This document shows positions 30,543 to 38,917 of a stretch of 64,000 bases of DNA, piece by piece (the first letter of the stretch is position 1; each line of letters starts with the position of its first letter). Source of the stretch: Reclinomonas americana ATCC 50394 (lineage: Eukaryota); NCBI GenBank assembly GCA_048213135.1, contig PS015010.1, positions 1,860,001 to 1,924,000 of the forward strand. Direction: 5' to 3'. Both the position numbers and the translations under genes were made by a program. The notes beneath the pieces are model-generated. The model saw only the letters and a list, made by a program, of their open reading frames with translations. It was not told the origin of the DNA and searched no databases.

Positions 30543-31736
30543 CTACTCAATTTTAGTAACATTATTAAACCCATCCGCCATAATGAAGTTGTAAAAATCG
30601 GCGAACCATTTGCGCCACGATTGTTCGTTATGACGACCCTCTTCATCAATCACTGAATAGATCATAGCGGAAGAATGAGTGCCCAGTTCATCCATTACGT
30701 CTTCCATATCCTGCACATAAGACCCGCCTTCAAGACGTCCCATATAAAAAAAGAACTTACCGGTATTGCCTTTGGATAAAGAGTCCGTCATAGGACGAAT
30801 GGCGGGCGCCGTCCAGAAGGCAGGTGAGAAAATACCCGCCTTGCCAAACACGTCGGGCCGCCGCAGCATAGCGTAATAAGAGATGAGCCCGCCCATGGAA
30901 CTGCCTGCAATAATGGTATTGTCTTTCCCGGGCAGCGTTCTGTATTTTTCGTCGATAAAGTGCTTGAGTGTGGTGGCCAGGAATTCCACGTAAGCATCGC
31001 CCTCTCCTTTTCCGTATTTATCAAAATCGAAAGGATTGTATTCGTTCATGCGGCGGTTGCCATTATCAATACCCACTACAATGCAGGGGCGTTTTGTTTT
31101 ATTGCCCAGTGTGTCCAGGCATTCATCCACACCCCATTCGCCATAACCGGAAGTGTAATCATCAAAAAGGTTTTGTCCGTCGTGCATATACAGCACCGGG
31201 TAACGTTGTGTACTTTTCTCGTATCCTGCGGGCAGGTACACCCAGAGGCGGCGGTAGCGGTTGAGCTGTGGAATGTAAAAAGAGGTGTCGATGATATGAA
31301 CACCGGTTGTAGCGGTGTGCTGTTTGGGTGCTGGTGCAAAATCGTCGGACCAGCCCGCAATATTGAGGCTGATGGTGGTATCAGAACCCAGTCTCAGGAT
31401 ACTGTTGGGCACCTGCCCGCCTGTGGAGGTGGTCTGCACCTTGTTCCAGTTGCCTCTTGTGAATTTGAATTCCAATATACCTGAAGGCATATCCTTCAGC
31501 GTGACCACCAGCCTGTCGCCAACAGGCGTTAACAGGTATTGGGTGTTGCCCGGGTTCCAGCCATTAAAATTACCGGCAATGAAAATGCTGTCGGTTTTGT
31601 GCAAAGCCGGCGCAGCACTTACTTCTATGCGTACCGTGTATTGGGCTAAAGATGGGAAAGTGATACAAGCCAGTAACAGCAGCAAGAGGCTGCCGTTGAA
31701 TCGTTGGCGGTGTATGGATCTTTTTTGCCCGGTCAA
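30543..31736 (-). CDS. Alpha/beta-hydrolase esterase with an N-terminal CBM-like domain
   Basis: IAGNFNGWNP..FKFTRG.W; YPVLYMHDGQN; GSSMGG; GRHNE. Confidence 0.85.
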   Translation of the reverse strand: MTGQKRSIHRQRFNGSLLLLLLACITFPSLAQYTVRIEVSAAPALHKTDSIFIAGNFNGWNPGNTQYLLTPVGDRLVVTLKDMPSGILEFKFTRGNWNKVQTTSTGGQVPNSILRLGSDTTISLNIAGWSDDFAPAPKQHTATTGVHIIDTSFYIPQLNRYRRLWVYLPAGYEKSTQRYPVLYMHDGQNLFDDYTSGYGEWGVDECLDTLGNKTKRPCIVVGIDNGNRRMNEYNPFDFDKYGKGEGDAYVEFLATTLKHFIDEKYRTLPGKDNTIIAGSSMGGLISYYAMLRRPDVFGKAGIFSPAFWTAPAIRPMTDSLSKGNTGKFFFYMGRLEGGSYVQDMEDVMDELGTHSSAMIYSVIDEEGRHNEQSWRKWFADFYNFIMADGFNNVTKIE

Positions 31737-31737
31737 T

Positions 31738-32616
31738 TTATTTTTTGAGGTATGCTTTTACCTTTTGGTGCAGGTGTTCACTCAACGGAACCACCGGAAG
31801 CCGCAGTACATTTTCGATAATGCCCAATTCATATAAGAACGCCTTTACACCTGCGGGATTATTTTCCGCGAACAACAGGTCATTACCTTCCAGGCATTGA
31901 TAGTGCAAGGGTCTTGCCAATGTAAAATCGCCGCGGAGGCTGTACCGCACCATATCCGAAAAGGCTTTGGGAAAACAGTTGGCCGCCACGCTGATGACAC
32001 CGTCCATGCCGCAGGCGATCAGCGGCAGCGTAAGATGATCATCGCCGCTCACCACCAGGAAGTTGTCCGGTCTGTCTCGGAGAATGTGCATGCACTGTAC
32101 CATGTTACCGCTGGCTTCTTTGATGCCGGCAATATTTTCCACAGCAGCAAGACGCAAGGTGGTTTCTGCCGTGAGGTTGCTCCCCGTTCTGCCGGGTACA
32201 TTGTATAAGATCACCGGCTTGGGACTGGCCGCGGCCAATGCTTTGTAATGCTGGTAAATGCCTTCCTGTGAAGGCTTGTTATAATAAGGACTGGCGCTGA
32301 GCACCGCAACGGCCTTATCCAATGGATAGGTCTGCAGGTTCTCTACCGTTTCCTTGGTATTGTTACCGCCAATGCCCACCACAACCGGTACGCGGCCATT
32401 TACTTTTTCGTAAGTATAATTGATGATGTCCAGCTTCTCCTGTTTCTCCAGTGTAGGCGTTTCCCCGGTAGTGCCCAGGGTTACCACGTACTCTACCCCA
32501 TCGTTGATGATAAAGTCAATCAGCCTGCCCAGGGCGTCAAAATCCACAGCCCCACCGGCTTTGAAAGGCGTAACAAGGGCTACACCCGTACCCTGCAATT
32601 GTGTGCGTAAGCTCAT
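31738..32616 (-). CDS. dapA: 4-hydroxy-tetrahydrodipicolinate synthase
   Basis: GTTGE, PYYNKP, YNVPGRT, GIKEASG, SGDD. Confidence 0.95.
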   Translation of the reverse strand: MSLRTQLQGTGVALVTPFKAGGAVDFDALGRLIDFIINDGVEYVVTLGTTGETPTLEKQEKLDIINYTYEKVNGRVPVVVGIGGNNTKETVENLQTYPLDKAVAVLSASPYYNKPSQEGIYQHYKALAAASPKPVILYNVPGRTGSNLTAETTLRLAAVENIAGIKEASGNMVQCMHILRDRPDNFLVVSGDDHLTLPLIACGMDGVISVAANCFPKAFSDMVRYSLRGDFTLARPLHYQCLEGNDLLFAENNPAGVKAFLYELGIIENVLRLPVVPLSEHLHQKVKAYLKK

Positions 32617-32664
32617 TCCCGAATTTTTGGTGAAGATAAAAAAATCGCCGCACAGTTCATCGTA

Positions 32665-33060
32665 TTACTCAGCCCCTGTAATCTTAGGTGGTGTAAAACG
32701 GATCAGTTCCAGGTCACGTAATAACAGCCACCCGTGAATGGTATCACTTTCGGAAGAAAGGCTGCCAACCTGTATATACTTATCCCCTGCCCGGTATCCC
32801 TGTATAAAACTTTTCTTAAGCAGGTAGTCTTTCCGCCTGGCCAATACGCGGGGCTCATCAAAAAGATAGGCCGTATCGCTGGCTACAGCATAACTGTTAC
32901 ATACCGAACTGTCTACCTGCACACCGGCATCAATGGTATCTGAACCCGCCGGGGTCTTGTTTTCCGCAGTTTCGTTCTTTGTACCGCCCGGTTGATTGCC
33001 GTTACAGGAAAACAGGGTAAGTCCGAGCAACCCTGTAAAAATTAAGAAATGTATCCGCAT
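32665..33060 (-). CDS. Hypothetical lipoprotein
   Basis: Lipobox FSC; SH3-like C-terminal GW motif. Confidence 0.65.
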   Translation of the reverse strand: MRIHFLIFTGLLGLTLFSCNGNQPGGTKNETAENKTPAGSDTIDAGVQVDSSVCNSYAVASDTAYLFDEPRVLARRKDYLLKKSFIQGYRAGDKYIQVGSLSSESDTIHGWLLLRDLELIRFTPPKITGAE

Positions 33061-33077
33061 TGTTTTCAGTTTTGTTT

Positions 33078-33512
33078 TTACACCAGTTCCGCATTGCCGG
33101 TCATGTATTTCAGGTCGTATTTAAAGTGATTGATCCGCCAGCCGCCGGGCACCCTCGCCAGGCGGATATCATAGGTGCCGGTAAACTCACGCGTTTTACC
33201 GTTCACTGCCGATGCCTTGTAATGCGTAGCGGTGGCATAAGCAAACACAACAGCGCTGATGTTATCGATCGTTACCAGGTAGTTGCCGGCAAGATGATTA
33301 ACTGAATCAATTCCTTCAAAACCCTTTGCCCATAAAGCACAGATAGCAACGGCAGATTTCTCCCCCTTATCCCCGCCCAGGGAAGACATATCGAAGAACA
33401 CTTTTTCCGTGAACACTTCCTTTTCGAGTTTATCCCATTGCAAACTATCGGTATATATGAACAGTTTATTAACAACTTCAATGATCTCATCGCGTACAGA
33501 GAATTTTTCCAT
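33078..33512 (-). CDS. SnoaL-like / NTF2 family protein
   Basis: D..QWDKL, NHLAGNY.V, GTYDIRL..GGWRI. Confidence 0.8.
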   Translation of the reverse strand: MEKFSVRDEIIEVVNKLFIYTDSLQWDKLEKEVFTEKVFFDMSSLGGDKGEKSAVAICALWAKGFEGIDSVNHLAGNYLVTIDNISAVVFAYATATHYKASAVNGKTREFTGTYDIRLARVPGGWRINHFKYDLKYMTGNAELV

Positions 33513-33615
33513 GGTTGGGTTATTTGAGTATAAATATACGAAGGCTGTATGCTGGGAAAGTATCTGGGAAAAAATAGATGGTGTCCCGCAAAGCCGCGAA
33601 GGCGTTTAGCTGATG

Positions 33616-33996
33616 GATTAGGTTATATAACCTGGCTGATTACGTTATCCTACCTAAGCGGATACGTTACCTAACCTAAAGGATTACGTTCATCAACCTG
33701 AACGATTAGGTTATCCCACCTAATGAAATACGTTACCCAACCTAATGGTTTACGTCACCTAACCTAAAGGATTACGTTATGCTACCTAACCGGATACGTT
33801 ACCTAACCTAAAGGATTACGTTCATCAACCTGAACGATTAGGTTATCTCACTTAATGAAATACGTTACCCAACCTAATGGTTTACGTCACCTAACCTAAA
33901 GGATTACGTTATCTGACCTAACCGATCACGTTCCCCAACCTAACCGATTAGGTTACCCTACCTAACGGGACAGGTTACCTAACCTAATGGATTACC
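33616..33996. repeat. Tandem array of 17 degenerate 22-bp units (core TA[CG]GTT-N4-[AT]ACCTA)
   Basis: Exact 22-bp period from 33616; units 2-7 nearly duplicated as units 8-13 (132-bp higher-order repeat). Confidence 0.9.
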
Positions 33997-34081
33997 TTTT
34001 TTAGTCGACATCCTTTTAGCAGGTGTACAATAATGTATAAATGCAGAAACCACAGTAGTACTAAAGCCGAATCAAGGAACC

Positions 34082-34180
34082 GACCGGAAAACGCGATGTA
34101 ATCGTTTTCCGGGGTCTTTTGGCGCCTGTCCCGATGAGGAACGATATCGGGAGTTCTTTTTTGGACAAGCTAAAAAGAAC
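34082..34180. repeat. Three consecutive hairpins between the two arrays
   Basis: CCGGAAAACG/CGTTTTCCGG; TCCCGAT/ATCGGGA; GTTCTTTTT/AAAAAGAAC. Confidence 0.65.
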
Positions 34181-34296
34181 ATAAAAAATAGATGTTAGAA
34201 GTATGATGTGGTGCCCTCCACTAATCGAAAAATCCGCTAAGTTGCCCCTCGAAGAACGCCAGGTTAACCTTCCCGAACTCTGAAAAACCTAATGGA

Positions 34297-34664
34297 GATA
34301 GGTCCCTAACCTATCGGCGATACGTTACCCAACCTAACCCGGATAGGTCCCAAACCTATCGGCGATACGTTACCCAACCTAACGAGGATAGGTTCCTAAC
34401 CTATCGTGGATACGTCACCCCACCTAACCCGGATAGATCCCAAACCTATCAGGGATACGTTACCCTACCTAACCGGAATAGGTCCTCAACCTATCGGGGA
34501 TACGTTACCCTACCTAACCGGAATAGGTCCTCAACCTATCGGGGATACGTTACCCTACCTAACCCGGATAGGCCCCAAACCTATCGGGGATACGTTACCC
34601 TACCTAACCGGAATAGGTCCTCAACCTATCGGGGATACGTTACCCTACCTAACCCGGATAGGTT
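34297..34664. repeat. Tandem array of eight 45-bp units (22+23 bp): GATAGGT-N5-ACCTATC plus TACGTT-ACCC-[AT]ACCTA
   Basis: Units start at 34297, 34342, 34387, 34432, 34477, 34522, 34567 and 34612; partial ninth at 34657. Confidence 0.92.
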
Positions 34665-34802
34665 CATGGCTTCTTCCTTCATTCCTTCATTCTTTCATTC
34701 TTTCCTTCCTTCATTTAACATTACTGTATTGCACAAACCCGCACCCGTATTTTACATGGAAATGGTTAACTTGGAGCGACCAAAACCAAATACATTTGTA
34801 CC

Positions 34803-35213
34803 ATGACAGCCAGTAACAGAACCATACACCAGGGCCGCAACGTGAAACGATTTCGTGAAATGCTGGGCATAAAGCAGGACGCCCTTGCCGCCGACCTGGG
34901 CGATGACTGGAACCAGCAAAAGATATCTCTGCTGGAGCAGAAGGAAACCATCGACGACAGGCTGCTGCAACAACTATCCGCAGCACTGAAAATACCCGTG
35001 GAAGCGATTGAGAATTTTGATGAGGAGCAGGCGGTGAATGTGATTGCGAATACGTTTGGTGACTATGCTTTTAACTATGGGACAACAAATGTTCATCCCA
35101 TTGACAAACTCATGCAACTGCATGAAGATAAGATAGCACTGTATGAACGGATGCTGAAGGAGAAGGATGAGATGATGCAGGAACTGAAGCGACTTTTGGA
35201 GAGGGGCAAATAG
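34803..35213 (+). CDS. XRE-family helix-turn-helix transcriptional regulator
   Basis: HQGRNVKRFREMLGIKQDALA...QQKISLLEQKE; C-terminal LYERML..KDE; TACATTTG promoter at 34791-34798. Confidence 0.9.
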   Translation: MTASNRTIHQGRNVKRFREMLGIKQDALAADLGDDWNQQKISLLEQKETIDDRLLQQLSAALKIPVEAIENFDEEQAVNVIANTFGDYAFNYGTTNVHPIDKLMQLHEDKIALYERMLKEKDEMMQELKRLLERGK

Positions 35214-35233
35214 CCCTTTTCTTAAAATATTAT

Positions 35234-35267
35234 AAAAAAGCCGCATAAAATTGCGGCTTTTTGTTTT
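35234..35267 (+). terminator. Terminator after the XRE gene
   Basis: AAAAAAGCCGCA-TAAAAT-TGCGGCTTTTTGTTTT. Confidence 0.8.
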
Positions 35268-35382
35268 GAATTATTCTACATTTATAATGTTACCCTAAAT
35301 CTAATACCCCTGTCAAATCTCATAGAAAGAATATTTTCATAAAACAGCGCTGTTTTACATTTATATGAAGTGTATTGCACTA

Positions 35383-35479
35383 GCAACAATACGAAAAGCA
35401 TAGTGCTAACATATTGGCAACCAATATGTTTAATTTTTTGGAGCTTTTCGTAGTTGCGTATATCTATGAGTTAGCTGAT
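35383..35479 (+). mobile_element. Truncated attC-like site preceding cassette 1
   Basis: Stem GCAAC..TACGAAAAGC..AACATATTGG/CCAATATGTT..GCTTTTCGTA-GTTGC followed by GTTAGCTGAT at 35470. Confidence 0.55.
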
Positions 35480-35540
35480 ATTTTTAAGAGAACTCAATTT
35501 TCAACGAGCCCAAGACTATTAACAATAAATCAATTTTATT

Positions 35541-36359
35541 ATGACTTATGATGATGCGATAAGTACATTTCAAAAGCATTTGCAAAAACTTAATCAGTAC
35601 GGCACTGACTTTGAAGTGTGGTTATCAACTGCTATTGAACATGTTCATGACATTTTTAGCATTTTATCGCCTCAACATACAAGTATCACTCAAATTAAAA
35701 ATGACTACAATTTTGCAAGAATAAGAGATAAGTCGAACGACTTGCAAAAAACATACTCATATAAAGCTAAACAGCTTATTGAAAGTTTTATTGAACAGTT
35801 AGAAGATAAAAAGAGAATTGCAATAGCAGACGCAACTCAAAAAAGCAAAGCAGCAGCAAGTAAAGAAGTGAGCCTTCAACAGCAATTATCTTCGCTTACG
35901 ACTAAATACAATGCTCTATTTTCACAGAAGCAAAATTTTGAAGAGGAATTAAATCAAATAAAAAATCAGCCCAAACCAAAAAAATCTCTTTTTAAGGTAG
36001 CCAAGGGAGTTTATCAAATAAACACATCATTATTTTGGGGAGTAATTTTACCACTGCTTGGCGGATTTTTTGCTTTCGGGTTGTATGTTGGGACCACTAA
36101 ATTTGATAGAAACCTAATTGACTTGTCAGATAGTAATCGAGAACTTAAAAATGAGGTTGTTAATTTGAAAGACACAGTTAAGACTCGGGAAAACTCCGTT
36201 GAATATATGCGTCGAAATTCAGATTCAGCTTTAAATATATTAGGACACATGCCATATCAAGAGATGACTTTGGATACTTTGTCCTATAGAAAGGTTCAGA
36301 CAACAATCGAAAATGCTGGTGCTGCTTTGTACTTAAATATAAACTATCGGTATAAGTAA
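35541..36359 (+). CDS. Cassette 1: hypothetical coiled-coil membrane protein
   Basis: AT-rich ORF with one TM segment flanked by coiled coils. Confidence 0.75.
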   Translation: MTYDDAISTFQKHLQKLNQYGTDFEVWLSTAIEHVHDIFSILSPQHTSITQIKNDYNFARIRDKSNDLQKTYSYKAKQLIESFIEQLEDKKRIAIADATQKSKAAASKEVSLQQQLSSLTTKYNALFSQKQNFEEELNQIKNQPKPKKSLFKVAKGVYQINTSLFWGVILPLLGGFFAFGLYVGTTKFDRNLIDLSDSNRELKNEVVNLKDTVKTRENSVEYMRRNSDSALNILGHMPYQEMTLDTLSYRKVQTTIENAGAALYLNINYRYK

Positions 36360-36369
36360 AAGATAAAAC

Positions 36370-36571
36370 ATCAGCTAACATTGGTATTGCCAATAGTGGG
36401 GCTTGACGTTGGGACAATCAGCAATGGTAATTCTGCTGTGCTGTGGTTCGGGGCTGGACGAATAAAGCCCAGCTTTAATTCTTAGTATTTACCTTTATCA
36501 AAAAAACAGACAACAGTTCCGGGCGGACAGAATTCTAATTCCCCACCATCGGCAACACCTGCTCGTTGACT
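36370..36571 (+). mobile_element. Long attC-like recombination site 1
   Basis: ATCAGCTAAC at 36370; arms GGTATTGCCAATAGTGGGG and CCCCACCATCGGCAACACC; GTT at 36565. Confidence 0.72.
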
Positions 36572-36656
36572 GCAAGGCTACCGAAACCTCGTTCAATTTG
36601 AAGAGAGGTAAATAACTAACTTAAAAAATTATAATTCTGAATTTCAAGTATTTCAC

Positions 36657-37118
36657 ATGTCACTAAAAACTGATCTCGATTTTGAAGATAAAGAAACCAA
36701 AGAGTTACTTTCAAAGTTCGATTTTGAATATTTTCTAAAAGAAAATATTGAGGTAGAAAAATATTCCAAAGAGGACGTCGACCAAATTTATACTACATTT
36801 AAGAGCACGACAGTTGACCTTAAAAAAAGAGCAAAGAAAAACAAAAGACAATTCCTTCACTTTCTTGAAGGACAAATAAGAAAAGGATTTACAGGAGGCT
36901 TTTTACCTGCAATGTTTCATTTAGACAGAGGAAGGAGTCATCACTTTGTTGACTTTTCTGGAGTTGGTGAAAATTGGGCTTACTTCAAATTTTGGGCTGA
37001 CAATTATAAAAGAAAAGTAACTCTTAAAAAAGTTTGGGACATTATCGTTAAGGTCGGCAGTGTCTTAGCAATTATTTTATCAATAATTAAATTATGGGAA
37101 ACCTTTTCAAAAAAGTAA
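36657..37118 (+). CDS. Cassette 2, gene A: hypothetical protein with a C-terminal TM helix
   Basis: AT-rich ORF starting 92 nt after the GTT. Confidence 0.7.
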   Translation: MSLKTDLDFEDKETKELLSKFDFEYFLKENIEVEKYSKEDVDQIYTTFKSTTVDLKKRAKKNKRQFLHFLEGQIRKGFTGGFLPAMFHLDRGRSHHFVDFSGVGENWAYFKFWADNYKRKVTLKKVWDIIVKVGSVLAIILSIIKLWETFSKK

Positions 37119-37819
37119 GGAGTAAAATAAAAAAAGTTACACAATTATTTATCAGAAAAAGAGCTGAATTTACTCCTCTTGAAGAAGAAGATTATTTCCG
37201 CAGGTTTGGGATTGAAAAAAAAGACATCAAATACGAAGTAGTTAACAAAGAATTTTTAACTAAATCATTCGAGAAAGCCTGGGAAAATAGAAACTATGAA
37301 ATTGATAAGTTCTGGACAAGAGCCGCATATTTTTGGGGCTTTATTGTTTTAATTTTTGGTGGGTACATTTCATTATTGACAAGTGAGCATAATCAAAAAG
37401 CATTAGACATGCGTATTGACTTGTACTTAGTATTACTTGGTTTTTTATTCTCCTTGTCCTGGTGGTTGGTAATACTTGGAAGTAAATGCTGGCAGCAAAA
37501 CTGGGAAGCTCATATCGACAGGTTAGAAAATTATGTTTCTGGCCCTATTTATAAAACGATTTACTATTCGGGCGACAGATTTTACTCTGTTTCTAAGCTA
37601 AATGAAATCATGGCAATTGTTGTTTTCCTTGTCTGGTGTGGGCTGTTCGGACAATACACTTATAGTCATTTCAGATTTACTTTAAACTTCAATAAAATGG
37701 ACTTATTGGCAACATCTGCAATATTGGCGACATTATTATTTGCTTGTGCATTAAGATTTGGGTATTCGTTAGGAGAATACAAAAGTGATAAAAATAGTTT
37801 CATAGACCGTTGGGAGTAA
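37094..37819 (+). CDS. Cassette 2, gene B: multi-pass membrane protein resembling the RipA/Rip1 octameric membrane family
   Basis: R.YEIDKFWTRAAYFW, GSKCWQQNWEAHID.LE, GPIYK, YSVSKLN; four hydrophobic segments; family from recall. Confidence 0.6.
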   Translation: MGNLFKKVRSKIKKVTQLFIRKRAEFTPLEEEDYFRRFGIEKKDIKYEVVNKEFLTKSFEKAWENRNYEIDKFWTRAAYFWGFIVLIFGGYISLLTSEHNQKALDMRIDLYLVLLGFLFSLSWWLVILGSKCWQQNWEAHIDRLENYVSGPIYKTIYYSGDRFYSVSKLNEIMAIVVFLVWCGLFGQYTYSHFRFTLNFNKMDLLATSAILATLLFACALRFGYSLGEYKSDKNSFIDRWE

Positions 37820-37828
37820 AAGCCCAGA

Positions 37829-37991
37829 CAGCTAACAGAAGGTTTGCCGCAAGGCTAGCGGACGGAATAATAATCATCAGTTGTACTATTATCTACTAAT
37901 ATCGGGCTTGACCGAATACTATTCAGTTTTTGTTGTCTGGCTGAAACAACAATAATCCCAACACTGTGGCAAGCCTCGAACGTTAGCGGCA
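37829..37991 (+). mobile_element. Long attC-like recombination site 2
   Basis: CAGCTAAC at 37829; arms AGGTTTGCCGCA and TGTGGCAAGCCT; GTTAGCGGCA at 37982. Confidence 0.72.
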
Positions 37992-38023
37992 ATTCGTTGC
38001 AATTATTAAAAGAAAAGAAAATT

Positions 38024-38515
38024 ATGGCTCCTTACTTAAAAGAATATAGGCTTTCTGAAGTTATTGCTCTCATTGTGGCATTGTCAGTTACTGAGCATGT
38101 ATTTAGATCTAATGAGGGTTTAGAGAAATCATTTAGAGCAAATGCAAAATCAGCTAAAAACTGGATAGCTCTCGCAAAACAACATCCGGAGTTTTTTAGA
38201 CTGGGTGTTGATGAATTATCTGTTGCATTATTAATCAGATATTTTGATAACGCAGGTGCAGATGATAAAAAGCCTCGCTTAAGCATCGACCAAACCCAGA
38301 AATTAACAGATCAGGCGATAGAGTTACATGACAAACAATTAGGAAGATATCAACGTAATAGTTTTCGAATTCCGATTTTTACCACCGTGATCTCTGGTAT
38401 AATTGCGATTGTAATTGCAATTATCAGTTTGACAAATAACTCTCAAATAGAAAAGAAAATTGACGTTTTTACAAAAAAGCTAGACTCTATTCAAGTTGCG
38501 GTGCCGAAAAAATAA
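38024..38515 (+). CDS. Cassette 3: hypothetical protein with an HPEFFR motif and a C-terminal TM helix
   Basis: AT-rich ORF; ATG at 38024. Confidence 0.7.
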   Translation: MAPYLKEYRLSEVIALIVALSVTEHVFRSNEGLEKSFRANAKSAKNWIALAKQHPEFFRLGVDELSVALLIRYFDNAGADDKKPRLSIDQTQKLTDQAIELHDKQLGRYQRNSFRIPIFTTVISGIIAIVIAIISLTNNSQIEKKIDVFTKKLDSIQVAVPKK

Positions 38516-38525
38516 TGCATTATAC

Positions 38526-38670
38526 TGCCGCTAACAGTGCCTCGGCTATAGGCTCGACCTCTCAGTAGGAATATTCGTCTTTAAATAATAATTCGCATTT
38601 TATTTGTGCTTGGGTGGCCGGACAGACACAGCATCGAATACCAACGTCGCCAATGCCTGACCGTTGGCAG
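38526..38670 (+). mobile_element. attC-like site 3 with a degenerate left arm
   Basis: TGCCGCTAAC at 38526 (perfect complement of the cassette start); TCGCCAATGCCTGACC-GTTGGCAGC with GTT at 38663. Confidence 0.6.
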
Positions 38671-38917
38671 CAATTTCTTTCGGCCGCATAATTTTTCATA
38701 CCAATTAAAAACAATCTTATGCCGTGGTTGGCGTTTTCTTCAACCGCATCGCTTAAGGAGGAATAGACCCTCCCCTTCTAATGCTGCAGGTGATAATAAC
38801 AGCAACAACACCATCATACAGAAAAGGCGGTTTAAGTCAAATGGACTTATTTGTGTAATCCCCTCCTCAATCGCATCATCTATTTAGTATATATTAGCAA
38901 TACCCAAAACCCTGTCC

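Noticed and set aside
34203-34283. 26-aa ORF MMWCPPLIEKSAKLPLEERQVNLPEL between the arrays
   Set aside because: Too short and unrecognised; may be a gene remnant but is unsupported
33616-34664. CRISPR array
   Set aside because: Units are contiguous degenerate repeats without unique spacers, and no cas genes are present
34406-34816. 136-aa ORF with 15-aa repeats
   Set aside because: In-frame translation of the 45-bp array plus a simple repeat; starts inside the array and overlaps the XRE promoter
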